From Diadema antillarum (lineage: Eukaryota): 64,000 bases of DNA. Below the pieces are notes generated by a model. That model ran no database searches, had not been told where the DNA came from, and worked only from the letters and a program-made list of their open reading frames with translations. The position numbers were made by a program, and so were the translations under genes. Shown here piece by piece: positions 36,501 through 51,500 of this stretch. The first letter of the stretch is position 1; each line of letters starts with the position of its first letter. The stretch covers positions 2,666,001 to 2,730,000 of the forward strand of contig NW_027271000.1 in NCBI RefSeq assembly GCF_040938485.1, written 5' to 3'.

Positions 36501-39500
36501 CAATAACATGGCATGATTAAACATATGAGAAATATGATATCATACCTGTGGATGACAGGCCTTCAGGATCATGTCCCCAAATCCGTTAGACTTCCTGTCC
36601 ATCTGGCGGGCCGACATTCCCACATCCACAAAGCCAATACTGCTGAGCAGCTCAGCAAACTGATGCTTCATGCTGGCTATCATCTACACCACACAGAAGC
36701 AGACATGTGGGACTAAGAAAACATATACTCTAGCCATGGGCTTCTATCTTAAAAACTGATGAATAGAAACTGCCCCTACTCGATTTCATGTCATCATTGA
36801 CCTTAGTGAAATTGCTTAATATCTTTTTATTAAAAAAAAGCTTGTTTCATAACATTCTGCAAACCACTTTAACACAAGAAAAAAAAAAAATGATCCATGA
36901 CAATGTGAAACATCTATTGCAACAATTGTGAACCACACAGAAATCTTGACAAAGTTCCTCCTTCACTGAATTTTATACAAATTATTGCTTCTTCTTTCCT
37001 TTGTTGTTTTGCCTAAATTTCTTCTTGAGAATATATTTGATAAAGTAAAAAGACAAACATAGTTTTAATGCTCTATACATTTTCTGATTATTTTCTTTAC
37101 CGAAAAATGTATGGTATACTGTGCACGAATGAAACTCTCTTTATTGCAGATGATCTTTCATAGATACTTCTCTCTCCATACATTAAAATCATACCAACCT
37201 GAAGAGTCTTCACTGAAAGAAAGTTCTCATGGCAATATCTGTATCCAAAGTAGTTACTTCTGTCCAAGGCTGTTGTCCAGCCCTATGAAGTCATCAAAGT
37301 AAACAAGACAAATAAATAATAATAATGATAATCATGCTCAAATATGCACCTAGAAACGGTTCATTTACTTCAGCCTTGCATGATAACCTAAACGATTGAT
37401 AATCAAAAGCAATTTGAAGTAAAAGCAAAGGTTCCGTATAAAAATGTAGACTCATACTAAGAAAGTTATAGAGAATTCAGTGCCAATGAGTTACTTATAT
37501 ATTCAGTTGGGATCTTGGAATAACCATTTATGTCATTTGGCACCAACTCGTCTGCCAACTAAACTACTTATACTTGAAATAGCTACCATATAGCTTTGTG
37601 GGAAATCATTTTAATGTTCACATAAGTTCATGCCCTGACCTTGTATGCCCTTAAAAGTGTCAGGTGATCACTGTTTCCAACAGCAAAGTCCAGTCGCTTC
37701 TTGTCTGCCTGGTCTCGCTTGTCAAACGGTGCCATCTATAGGTTGGAGATAGAACGTAGAATATCATCTGACCAAAAATGAACACACACAACATATCTCA
37801 AGTTAAGTGAATATGCAAGAATCCAATATCTAATGTAAACACCTTTTCCATGATGAGGGAAACAACTATGAACCTAGCAGATATAGTCATTCAAGCAAGC
37901 AAACACTAATCAATGCAAAGCAAACATGCACTGTAGCTATAACTCTTTTACAGGTTGGCAAAACAACAAAGGTAATTAATTGATCAGAAGACACATAAAG
38001 AAATACATGATATCTAAAATTTTATGAACAAGACTGAGCATGAGTAACTAAGATTGTACAATTCATAGTATACTACTCTAATGCAGGGATTAAAACCAAT
38101 GTTTGTTGGTGATTGCAAATCTGTGTACAAGATATAACTGAAGTTAGAAAATAGACAGGAAAAAAAAATAAACTTACAAAAGGTGATCTGCTGTAGTTTG
38201 CAAAGCTATGTACCAAGATATAACTGAAGCTTGAAAATAGACAGGGGGAAAAAACAACCCAGAACTTACAAAAGGTGATCGGAAACTGAGACTTGCAGCA
38301 ATGGTGAGTACAGGGTCCAGGCATTGGAAGATGGCACCAAACAACATTAGCTTGCCAATACGGACATCGACAGGGAGAGAGGCCAGATGGTAGCCCAGAG
38401 AGGTCAAATCCTGGTGAGTCAATTCAAAATGTATGTGGAACCAAGGCCTAATCCATACATGATTTGACATAAATAACACAAAAATATCATGAAAAGTAGT
38501 CGTCATCGATATACTGTACATAGAACCTGTATGGATCTTAAAATATCCCTGCTTGTCTTATCAGAATTAGATTGCATGGCATTAGACATTCATTTATCAT
38601 CAAAGTTGGAAACAGTCAGTAAATGAGAATTTAGTTCATGAATACTTATTATATTCATTGATTAATACTTGAGAGATCATGTACTGAAGTATACATTGTG
38701 GAGGTTTCTGCACAATGTGGGAAGAAGAGGAAGAAATTAAATAACTTCCTTATTGGTATTCAATCTACAAAATATCTACACACACTGTACACACATCACA
38801 GGTGTATCACATACATATTTCTAAGAAATAATGCAGTCACTACTGTATACGCCATATATTTAGCGAGTCTAAATTTTCGCAAATTGGGACTTCCCGACGA
38901 TTTCGCAAGTGGTTAAATTCGCGATCATGAAGTCTGCAAACACAAACAAAATTTGTACTGCCATGCAGAGTCTACATTTTTGATACCTATGACAATAAAG
39001 TCTGTTAAAGTTGTATGAATTTACCTGATCCACTGAGAGGGCACCTAGGTCTTGAAGTCGCTGCACAGCATCATCAATACTCTCAGTCTTTGGAGGCTCC
39101 AGCAGTTTGTTGAGAACATCCTTATAGGAACATGAATTGATATAAACTTTTAAATACATCATTGAATACCTCAAGCAGTTTGATATGACAATACTTATTA
39201 CCAGAAATATAAGCATGTTGTAATTCAATTATACAAGTAAATTACTAGTGTTGAAAGTCATTGCAAACACAGGGTTAGATTGCAGATATCTTTAAACCAT
39301 GATAATATACTAATAAATAATGTTGAAACTCTCATTCTGCCCCTTCAAACATTAGTATTTTATCAAGTCATTCAATTACCCAATTCCTAGTATTCCTAAT
39401 ATGACGTTACAACACATTCTGCTTATCTTCACATGTTGATACCCTCTCTACATTCAAATGGTGCTAACCGACTTTTGTTAGCATCTGTAGGCATTAATTG

Positions 39501-42500
39501 AGTCAGCCTGAATGGACTGATTACAAGAAAATATCATCGGCCTCATGCCAAAAGGGTCCTAACAGTGTACAAAGTCTATGGTGTTAAGGCCCTTCTGGCA
39601 TGAGGCCAACAATATTTGGATGAGTACAAACCTTAACATGGTATCCTTGGAATACATCTAAAATCTTAATCCTCAGAACAAGTTGCTCCAGAGGAATTCG
39701 CTGGATCTCTGTAAGAGAACAAAAAGTAAAGAAATGAGGGGGAATAGTACACTGTACTGTAACACACACATACAGCAATCAATCACTCCATCTGTATGTA
39801 TCTTATATCTATAGGTTTAAACATGTGCTTAATAGTCTCAACCGTTTTGTTTACATAAAACAGAGATACTTAGTATTCAATATATGAGAATTCATCATAT
39901 CATATCATATTCATGAATATGATTTATCACATGGCCTTCTTTACTAACTTCATTGTTGTTAGTCCTGGTCACTAGCTATATTGCAAGCCCACTTGGTAGT
40001 GGATGCCATCTATTACTTACCAAGAGAGCATTCCTTCCCACTTCTCAAAATCAAGATTAGTCTACATAAATCTTTTACATCCTGGCAGGTACCTAGTCCA
40101 CTTCTAGGCAGGGTGCATACAAACATATTGCTGCATTATTTATGTGTGAAGCAATTTCATTGGCATGAAGATAACTACCCCGAACACTAGTGTCATGGAA
40201 GTTACCAGCAAAGCTAAAACTAAGTCAAGCATTAACACTGTCACTCTTTTACAAAAGAGATTACAAGGATTACTGGTGTGTAATTCCCATCCATGGATAG
40301 TAAGCTTCTGGAAATCTGTTCTGACTGGCAAAGAAAGTACAGAAAGGGGTTACGATCACTAGTGCCAATGCCCATACTGTAAAACGTGATATTTTTATGG
40401 CATGAAATTTTTGCGAATTTGAGCTGACGGCCTTTTTCACTGCATGAAATTTTTGCGAAGTGCCTCTGGCATTTTATGCATATAATGTAGACAAGAACTT
40501 TTGCATGCATTCTAATTTTGCAAATCTTGGCTCTCGCAAAATATGCCAAATTAAAATGCACGCGAACATTCCTCGCTTTACAATATACAAGGCAGGGAAA
40601 AAANNNNNNNNNNNNNNNNNNNNNNNNNNNNNNNNNNNNNNNNNNNNNNNNNNNNNNNNNNNNNNNNNNNNNNNNNNNNNNNNNNNNNNNNNNNNNNNNN
40701 NNNNNNNNNNNNNNNNNNNNNNNNNNNNNNNNNNNNNNNNNNNNNNNNNNNNNNNNNNNNTCACGCCATACCTGGTTGCTGCTGGTCCCGAAGCACATGT
40801 CCAAATGTATGGTTGGTGAAGAGATGGAAGCACACACCTGCTGCCACACGACCTGCACGACCTCGACGCTGCATGGCATTAGCCTTAGACACCCAAACTG
40901 TTTCAAGGGACTCCATACGCTTGCCTGAGTCGTACCTACAAAGATGGGAACAGAGGGATTGACACAAGGGGGCAAAAGGAGAGAAGAAGGAAAGAAGATA
41001 ATAGAGAGGGAAGGAGAAAGAGAGAAGGAGAGACAGATAGAGGGAGAAAGAGAGTAGGGAAAGGAGGGGAGGGGGTGGAGAAAAGGAGAAGAGCAAGAGA
41101 GACAGAAGACAGAGAGGTGAGGATAGTATGCAGCTTTTTCTTTTATTATTCATAACATCTCACCAGCTGGTAGATAACAAATAAAAACATGCATTCATTT
41201 TTACTCTGTACTGCTTAGAATCAAGACTACTGGTAAAAGTGTGCATGGAGTACCAGTCATTTAAGTAGAAGCTCCTGTTCACAGGTACTCGCTTATTTCA
41301 CACAAAACTGATCTGAAGCTAATATTTGGTGTAAGAACAGGAGGTGTCATATCAGCATGCAAACTGCAAATGAGCATAGCAGAAAGCATAAATACCCGAG
41401 CTTAACTGATATGCCTTGTAAGAACTCAAGGTCTCTCCTATCCACCTTGGGTAACAAAAAAAAAAAAAAAAAAAAAATTAATTTGGTAACTTATCACGTA
41501 ATCACCAGGAACAGAATATTGCAGTATGCTTGCCTCATGAGAAGCTCAATTACATCTTGTTTGACAATCCCTGTGATGTTTGAAAGAATGAGAGCTCCTT
41601 TATTTCCAGCTTGAATGAACTTTTCATTTTTTGTATTTATTGAACAACCAATTAAGTATTATTGCATTTGAAGAATGCATTAGAAAAAAGATTGATAACA
41701 TGGCATATGAACTTTTTTCAAATGGCAAGGAATATATGAATTTTTTCATGAAATAACACAATGATCAATAGCATACTAACAAGACACCAGACAATTAAAA
41801 AAAGCACGCATCTATTTGTGGATCATGCGGAGTTCATTAACTTAGAGTTGTACTGCGAAAAAAAAAGAGAAGGTTGACTGACACATTACAAAGGAAAGCA
41901 AATAGATGTCTGTAGCATCCTGTGGAATCACAAACCTCTTCTCTTTCATTCTGCCAGCATCAATGACATAGACAATATCATCGATGGTGATGGAGGTTTC
42001 AGCAATGTTGGTTGCTATGACGATTTTAGTGACACCTTCCTGTGGCTTGTCAAAGGCTGCATTTTGTTCATCACTTGATAAGGAAGAGTGCAGCGGTACC
42101 AGTTTGTATCTAGTGGAAGAGATCAAACAAATTTAATAGCACAAAAGAAAGCAGACATGCATGAAATATTTGAATTCTGACTGCAAAAGTCAACTTCTCC
42201 AATCTTACCTTGACTGGTATCAAATTCCTTCAAAGTAATGTATATTCTCATTACAGACTTACTGAAAGAATCATACAACTGGCTGTAATTAGTCATTACT
42301 AGATCAATTCTCACAATCTCATTCATGAATCCCTGTAATGATGTTCTCTTGAAGTGAGACCACAAGATGACTTTGCATATTACAATGTGGTAAAGGCATA
42401 AAAATCTCTGAATGACAAAATAGCTATCCTGCTTTTAAAAGGACAAAACAGCAAGCAAACACAAAACACAATAGAAAAAGCAACCAACCAATGACTTCTA

Positions 42501-45500
42501 TTGTTAGAGAGCATCACTTACTTTTTCTGCTTCCTTGGTCCACATAGAGAGCTCTGGAGCTGTTCATACAAGTCTGATATTTCCCCCATGCCAGGCAAGA
42601 AGATCAGAATAGCACCATCCTTTGGATACTAAAATAGGATACATCCAAATGAAATAACAGAAAACTTTGAGGTACAGAAATCCTACATAAGATTAGTATT
42701 GAAAGATGGTACAATGTAAATAATATAATTTTCAGCTACAGCTAAAGCAACAAATAATATCCCTATGCGTACATCCCTGTACTCAAGGTTTTTATATGCC
42801 TCCTGTTAAATAATTGTACATTATCAGTGCTGCTTTTTCAATTTTCCCCTTGTGGTTTCCCAAAACTAACAGAATTTCCAGCATCTTGACAAATACCACG
42901 ACTATCAAATGTTCAAAGAAATGAACAGAGCATACTGTGAGGTAATCCTTGCTGTAATGGGCCAAATAACTTAAAGAATTAACTGCAGTTTGAGTACACA
43001 AATGGAAATTCCTTGAAGAGAATGACAGACTTACTTCATGATCTCCATCAACAATCCATTTGACAAGCTCCTCTATAAGGTCATTGTTGAGTTTCTCTGG
43101 GTCAATGGTGGCAAGAGTCTTGATGGTTGACATTTCATATTCTTGACACAGAAGGAAGAAAAAAAAAAGGCATATTTCTAGTTGCTAATATATATAAATG
43201 CTTAATTTTGATTTGCACAGATGTAGCACTATTACACTCTGCTTCATTTTCAAATGTGACAAATGAAACAAGAAGAGATAAAGATGACTTCAGCTTTATA
43301 TGACCACTGCATTCCTTCATAAATAACAAATGGACACATTTAAGGAATATTTACAGAGTAAACATTGACAAAAATTGGGGGCACTGCTTCATACCTTATG
43401 CTCCATATCCACTAACTTTTGATACCAGCTAAACAGGATACTAAATCCTTTCCTACAGAAGTCTTTGTTCATTCCGTTCCAGGGCTCAGAGACCTTTTCT
43501 TGTCCACAGTTACACATGCATTTTGTCTATTTCTTGCTGTTGATACTACAAAATTTGTCCTGGTTGCTTACTTTGGTGCTGATCTTCACTGACATGATAT
43601 CTAAATATGTACATATAAATACAAGTTCCATATCAGGGGACAATGAAGCCAGTATCATCCTCTGCTATTTTCTGCTATATTCTCTATTTGATTATTCTTC
43701 AAACGCCGCCAAGCAGTATATTCAGTAAATACAGCTTAACAAAACATATCTCCTTTTATGTGAAATCGAATACAAGATTAGGTCATTCTTCATGTAATTT
43801 AATCAACTCTTGTCAGATCTTGTGAGATACCTGCACGCACAGTCATTTGAGATTTACTTCCAGTCAATTTTTCTGACCACCAGATGTCGAAACTAAAGAG
43901 CAAATGCTGCCACAACTACTTACCCGAGTATCTGAGAGCCATTTGAGGGACAGTCAGGTTGGAATCTCTGACGTTATCAGCTGCTGGAGTGAACGTAGTT
44001 TGAGCAAATGCTGCAGCAATGTCTTCCTCAAGGTCAGCATACCTGACCTTGCCTAGCGCCCTCGCAGATGCCTCCGAGGGAGCCGCATTGCTTCGTTTGA
44101 GAGGTCTGGCTAGTGGGGAATTCTCATCAAGGACATACCTGCAAATATCAAAGAGAACAAAATAATATAGCTTCATCTTGTTTCAACTAAATTTTCACAG
44201 TGATGCCAACAAATGTTGTCTTCAAACATGAAAGTCTCTCTCTAGGATTTAGCTATCTCTATTGTGATCAAATATGCGGTTGTATCTATGGGTAGGGTGT
44301 ACATTCGTTGGTCAATTTGTAAATAAAGAGGGAGAGAGAAGAAATGACCATGACTGTGGCAATGATGCATGTGAATTCCTCAGAAAAAAAAATAGAGGTC
44401 AATAGAAGTGTGAGACTGTTGCTTTGTACAACATAGTTGCTTTTGTTTTGTGCATTCATTTTCACTGTCCCACTCTCAACTGATTAAGTGATGTACTAGA
44501 TCTAAAAGTAAATGCTCATGATATTGTTGGCTAATTTGACACAGTCCTATTATGCAGACAGAGCATGAATTTCTGCTGACTTCTTTCTATCCATCAACCT
44601 CAGCTACTGCTAACTTACTTTAACTGTTTCTGGTATAAGTACCTGTGATAACTAGAATGAAAGAAATGCATCAGTGTTGAAAGTTAACAACTATAGACCA
44701 TTCTACCTTTTTAACGGCTACAAATTAATGAGTTTTATTTTGACACTGCTCTTTTAGGCATCTTCTGATAAATGCTTACATATGGTAGTCACTCCCCTTA
44801 TAAGCAATGCTGAGTCCAGAAACAGCCTGGGCAGAAACACAGAAAAGATGACTTAAAAATGATCTCGTCAAACTTACCCAGTAAACTCTATAGCATCCTC
44901 CAGAAAATACTGGTCCACAGGAAACGTTTTACCTGTATATGATTTGAAAGAGACTCTAGTGTGACTAAGAAATATTCTTCAGTGCATGAAAGATGAATAG
45001 CAAGAACATCAAAATGGAATCAGATCTCTCAGATTAGGTTTCTATATAGAAATTGAAGCATACATTTGCTGGTCTATACTTGCCTACAAGGTGCAGCTCA
45101 TAATAATATCACAAACACTTGTTTCTCTCATTTATATTAATTTACTAGATTCCCTTCAGCAGTGGCTACTACAACTTTGCAACAATAAAATGTACGTCTC
45201 CATGTCACCTGCAGGAACTTACTGAAAATTACTAGTTTAGCTGTGATGAAATGCACCTTGAAATCAATACATATTTAAATAAATATCATGCAGATCTATA
45301 TCAAACAAACACAAAACTTTGTTGTTGGCCACATACCAGGTATATTTATGACAGGGCAATTAAAAAAGTACTGAGAAAAGAGATCTGCATTCAGTGTGGC
45401 GCTCATGAGGATAACACGTAGGTCTGGTCGCTGGGGAAGCATGTCTCGTAGCACCATCATCAGAAAGTCACTAAATAGGAGAAAATGCAATCAGAGGCAA

Positions 45501-48500
45501 AATATACATTACTGGTATTTAAATTGACATGAAATCAAGGCAGTCTATGAACTACAGGGGCAGATCCAGGAATTCCCTAAAGGGGGGGCAAACAATATTT
45601 CTGGTGCTACTTCCGGGTTTCATGTTATTTTTTTCTTATCATTTCTATTGTTTTAACAACATATAAAGAGGGGGCGCGCGCCCGGTGTGCCCACCTCTGG
45701 ATCCGCCACTGCTTCATCAAACATGCATACATGAAACTTGAAATATTAGCCAAATTCAGATGTAAAGGAAAATATAAGTGTGTTCTGAAATATATACCAC
45801 AAGACCTTGTCATTTACATTAATAAAAGTACTGCGTGCAAGTAAGTAGCTCCAAGGTCTGAGAGGTCTTTGCCTCTTTTGTAAATCTAATCTACGACAAA
45901 CTTGTAGAGACCTAGAGCTCACCTCTCTTCACTTCTCTCATGGACCTCATCAACAATGACATGACTGACCCCACTCAGCTCAGGGTCACTCTCCAGTCTC
46001 CTTAGGAGGATCCCCGTTGTGCAGAAGGTCAGTCTGGTGGACGATGACTGCAAATACAAGACGGTTCACAACATCATATTCATCAACACCCAACTTTCAA
46101 AACCTGGATGTTGATTCCAGTATAATGTGCCTTCACATTTTTCACAAGATAAATTCCTACTCACAAAGATCAAAACCATTTGGATTGACACATTTTTGTG
46201 GTAAAATAATTGGAGGCTAAAGATGGCAACAGATCAACATAGCTATGTGTGTCAAAATTTTGAAAACAAACTTTTCATTAATGTACTACTACAGGAGCTC
46301 CATTGCAATATTTTGTTTCATTTGTCACAGCATTCCACATTTGTCAAATTGAACGCAAGATATCACTTACACGGAAGGCAGGTTTTGACAAAAAACATGT
46401 AGTGATCTGGCTATTGGTAGCTCTGGAAGACTTTCATCTTGATTTTTGTCTCTTGTTTCCTATGCAGAGGTCAAAGTGACAAATCAATCATTGTGCTCAC
46501 TGACCTGTTTATTTTCCAGTCTGATCTGGTAGCCAACAATGTCTCCTATCCTAGTGGTTCTCTCCTTGGCAACTCTCTCTGCCACAGCAGTGGCAGAGAT
46601 CCTCCTTGGCTGGGTGCAGATGATGTTGCACAGCTCCGACCCTTTCTTCCTCAGGGACGTATCCAGGATGAACTGAGGTACCTGTGTAGTCTTGCCACAG
46701 CTGAGTTTCACCAAAAATCATATGTGGCTCACATGTAAGCACTGGTCCAGTAGTGTTTAGTGTGTTTGGTTTGCAAAATGTCTGTCACAGGTCTAAGCTC
46801 TAGCTCTTTCATGGAAGTCCATAAAGCATGGTTAAATCTTTACTGCTTCTGTTTGCACATGTGATGTGTGCAAGGTGTACCAGAAAAAAACAAATGGAAT
46901 AAATCTAAAATAGTCTACCACAATGAATAGGCATAATCCTACCATGGCAGAAACAGTGTGAAAAACTATATTAATTTCAGATGAATTAAAGAATATGGAG
47001 TGTCAAAATTATTTAAATAGCAATTTTGTAAAACTGTTGGTACACAAAGAAGTAGGATCACTGGGGGACAGGGTGTCAGTAAACAAATTAATAGGAAAGC
47101 TCACACTAAGTTCATATGATTTCTTGATTGGATTTATGATATCAACATATTGGTTTATTATTTGATTGGTAATGCAAAACCTTGCCTCTCATAGCAAAGT
47201 TCAGATAAACAGGAAAGGAGTTTGAGAATGGGGGCTCATATCCTTAAAGGCAACACGGAATTGACAAAGAAGTTTATTCACCCTGTAGCTCCACTGACAA
47301 CAAGGACCTGATATTCATCCAGGGTCTCCAGGATGTTGTCCTGTTCTTTCCATGCTGGTAAAGTCTCTCTTCTTCCCATCATTGCTTTGTAGGCACTGCT
47401 GGTCTAAATCATCAGTAAACAGGCATGTACATCCATGATATATCATGAAATGGAAGTGCATACTACATGAATAGAAACATAGAATTATGGACAAAGGGAA
47501 CTATCCTTAAAGTGCATAAGAGAAATAAGGAGTGAAGGAAATTCTTTATTGTCTTCTAAATTCTATCCTCCAGTGATTAAACATGACAGCTCAAAATGTC
47601 AAGGAAACCTCACTTGTTCTAGTCTACCTTCAATACTGGATGTTTACGGAAATGATATTGTTTTTAAATGTGAACTGAAGCGATGTAGCCAAAAAAAAAT
47701 GTCATACAGACTTATCAAACAAGAGGAATTAATACCCAATTTAATTCTATTATTGAAGTACTTGAGAAAAAAAAAGGAAAAGAAATAAAGAATGAACCTG
47801 TGATCTCCTGAATTGGTCTTTCAATCTCTTGTTATCCTTCCCCTCATCTTTTCTGCTCCTCTTTGGTGGTACATACAGGCTCTTTCCCAGACTTTTGGCC
47901 CCATCTCGTCCTGTTAGCACTGCAGACTGCTTTTCAATTTCCTTTGAAATTTCTGCAGATTGGCTACTCGAGGGCTCCTCCAGGATTTCTTTACCAGCAT
48001 CCTCCAATGGCTCGTCATCTTCATCATTCACTTCCTCATCTTGCACTTTACTCTTGGAGGCAGATGACTTTGACGACTGGAACCTGACCAGTTTTTCCAC
48101 CAGCATGGCTGCCATGTCCTCCTCATCCTCCAAGATGCCCACGAGGCTAAACACGGCAGGGCTCCCACTCGGGGCCTGCTCAGCCGCAGCACTCGCCAGC
48201 CGCTTCGTCACATTCAGGCACCGGGCAGTCTGGAAATCTGGATGGGTGGAGGAGAAACCTATAATGGGCGGTTCCCATGGATACAGGTTATCTTTGGGAA
48301 ATCTGATCTCCAACAAAAACCACTTGTTATCCTCTACGGCCTCAGATGATGCTTGTTCAGCTGCACCCTCCTTGGTGTCCCAGAGGGGGTCATGGAAAAA
48401 TTTGCAACTGCTGCCAAATTTACAGTGTCCCTGCTGGTAGAAGTGGCACACATTTCGCCTCTGCCCACTCGGTGGGCCTCTCCTTTCGGTCCTTTTTTTA

Positions 48501-51500
48501 TTGTTCACATGGGTTTCTTTGAGGCACGTATTGATGTGCGAGAGCTCTAACTTCATGGTCCACACATTGTTAGGTATCCTCTCCATGAAGTCAGAGCCAT
48601 AAATGGCACTTAAGGCAAGGGCTTCTTCTTGTCTCTGTTCCAATGCATCTTCCATGGAGACACTATCATCGAGTGCGTCTAGACAAAGAGAAACAATACC
48701 ACATACAGGTAAAGCCTTAACATTAAACATCACAGAACAGTCTGTGGTGAGATAAAATTTCCCTCATTTCACTTCCAAGACCTTTAAGCATCTTATGAGA
48801 TATATTTGTATGTCTCTTGTACACATAATTCAAAAATATCCATTTCTAGTCTGAAATGCATTGTATCTGCTAATATCTTGTAAGGAAGGCAAAGTTCAAC
48901 TGCACAACACCTCACAGAAGAAATTTTAGTGGAATTAGATTTCTTTGATTATAAGAAATCTATCAAGCCAAGAAACAAGGCAGTTCTGTAAATGGTAAAA
49001 TTCATCTTATCTTTCATTGTCCATGGGTTCTTCTTGGTTTTAGAGAAAAGTCAGAGACTTTTTATCACTTTGCATGCCTAATTTCTACTGACACAGGAAT
49101 CTTTTAAACCATCGTCAGCAATACATGATGCATGTGACTTATCTTTTGAATTCAGACGCAGTGAACAGTCAACTTTTAAATTGTCACGCGCTGAACGAAT
49201 AGCCCCTTTCATGGGTACCTTTATCTAATGTAAGTTGCAGACTCTTTGTGAAATCCCGATAGAGTTGCTCAAGGGCCAGCCCGGCATCTCCATCATTCTC
49301 CTCCAGAGCCTGCATACACTCCTGCCTTGGGTAACCACACCTGTAGGAAGACACAGTGTGATCATACAGTGGCCTGTAAATACCGGTGAAGGCCCTCTCG
49401 CTTTAAAAGGTTTACATTCCACACTTTGCATATTCTTCCAAGACCAACAGTAAGGCAAAGAGTGAATCGTGCAAGTGATTTACGCTCCCAACAGAGCCTG
49501 TATGGACACAGGTTGGAATTCTTTCTATGTTAAAAATTGTTTCCTATTTGAATTCTCTATCGAAATGGTATTGGGCAATCAGCAAGCTTACAGTTAAAAT
49601 GACATTAGTCTATACTTGATACATTGATCTTATGCAGCTGAAGATGAAACACTCATTTTCATTTGTTTTCATTTGACACGGCACACACGAGCCTTCCCCC
49701 TGGATACAGGAAGAGTGCGACATACATAGACTAGTGCCTTGATGGAATGCTATTTATATGTTTCATATGGGGATTCTGTTATACCATGATAGGTGTAATC
49801 AATAACATATCATATTTCAGTGCATTAAGATATCACTTTATCAGAATTAATAATGATGATACAGTACATTGTATATCACTAATCATAATCAAAGTTTGCA
49901 ATCAAAGATATCCTTTTATGAAAGAAAATAGACACTTCTGTGAGTTTTACAGCAAAAGCACACTCTTACATAGAAAAGGTAATATGCAAAACTACACACA
50001 ATTCTGACACAGAAAGAGAACAGATATTGACAGCAGAAACTCTGAACTTTCTAGTCAAGTAGTTTTTCACCTCAGTAATACTCAAAAACAAGAATTTAGG
50101 CCACAAAGGCAGACACAATAGTGTTCATTTTGGGCACCTGATATACAAGGTGCCTGTCTATAAAATTGATGCTACCATCTGGTTTTGTTATGGCATGCAA
50201 CAATTTATTTCCTGTTTGCAATGCTACCAAACTATGTTCACTGTACAGTGTATGTCTCTTTTCCTTAGTCAAATAATGTGAAAAATCACATTTTTATTTC
50301 AATTCCCACTACCTACTTCCTATTTGTTTCATTTTAGTTAATGCAGACACTTGCACTTGTAGTTTTACTAGTACACATCTTCAATGATCTGTCAACTCAG
50401 ACCTCTTTGAAATGAACACATAGTCTACATACTACCGTAAAACGAGGAATCTTCGCGTGCACTTTAATTTCGCGAATTTCGCGAGTGCCAAGATTCGCAA
50501 AATTAAAATGCACGCGAAAGTTCTTGTTTACACTATATGCATTGAACGCCAGTGGCACTTCGCGAAAATTTCATGTCACAAAAAAGGCTGTCAGCTCCAA
50601 TTCGTGAAAATTTCATGCCGCGAATATATCATGTTTTACAGTATATCCCACTCTACTCTATCCTCAGTCCAATATAAATTGGACATGGGCTATGAGCTGT
50701 AGCATGTCTTGTTTTGTTCTGTTCTTGGTTCGTCATGATGAGACGTGGAGCACACGTACCTGATCAGCTTCTCAACCGCATACTTGCTGAACTGCTGTTT
50801 GTCTTTCTTGGCATTGCCATCACTTCCCTCTGCCTGCCAAGCAACCAGTGGATTGAAAACAGATCCTGCTGCTTCTACTACTAGCGAGTTATCATCTGTC
50901 CAAAAATGCCTAGCAGTGTCATAGTCCAGCTCCTCATAATCCTCCTCACTGAAACAAGCACAGGAAAAAAGAAACAAATGATCAATCATAAAACCATTGT
51001 ACCTGACATCTCAGTTTAAGATCGCCCCCTCAGTGTATCCTAAATAATCACATCCATTTATTGTCAATTGTTCAATTCAACAACACTTTTATATTTACTG
51101 ACATCAGTCATCTAGCAGACTAAGTACAAACAACAGGACTTTAGTTGATACACCTTCCTGTTTTGTCAGAGTTGGGTTTGCATCACATAAAATTCAAAAT
51201 TTCCATGATTTTGCTTACAGGTTTGCTGCATATGACATAAGACTATAAAAAAGATCTTTGTTGCAATCTAAATGCAGTATTCAAAGTATTCTAATTTATC
51301 TGCTTGCTGAGAATGAATTCTGAAGAGAGGAGGAAGATGAGGAAAGAGCAGTAATCTTGACAATGTCATAACTCACTCAATGTCAAAGTCCATTTCAGTT
51401 CCATGCAATTCTCTGAGGACATCCTTGACAAGTTCCTGATTCTCATCACTCATGTGGAGGGACTGCATCTTGACCTTGCTGGAAGGATGGGCTCGTCTTC

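Noticed and set aside
40241-40975. Long ORFs containing X runs
   Set aside because: They read through the N gap and are not real.
47829-48440. 203-aa plus-strand Ser-rich ORF
   Set aside because: Antisense shadow of the 881-nt DHX57 exon.
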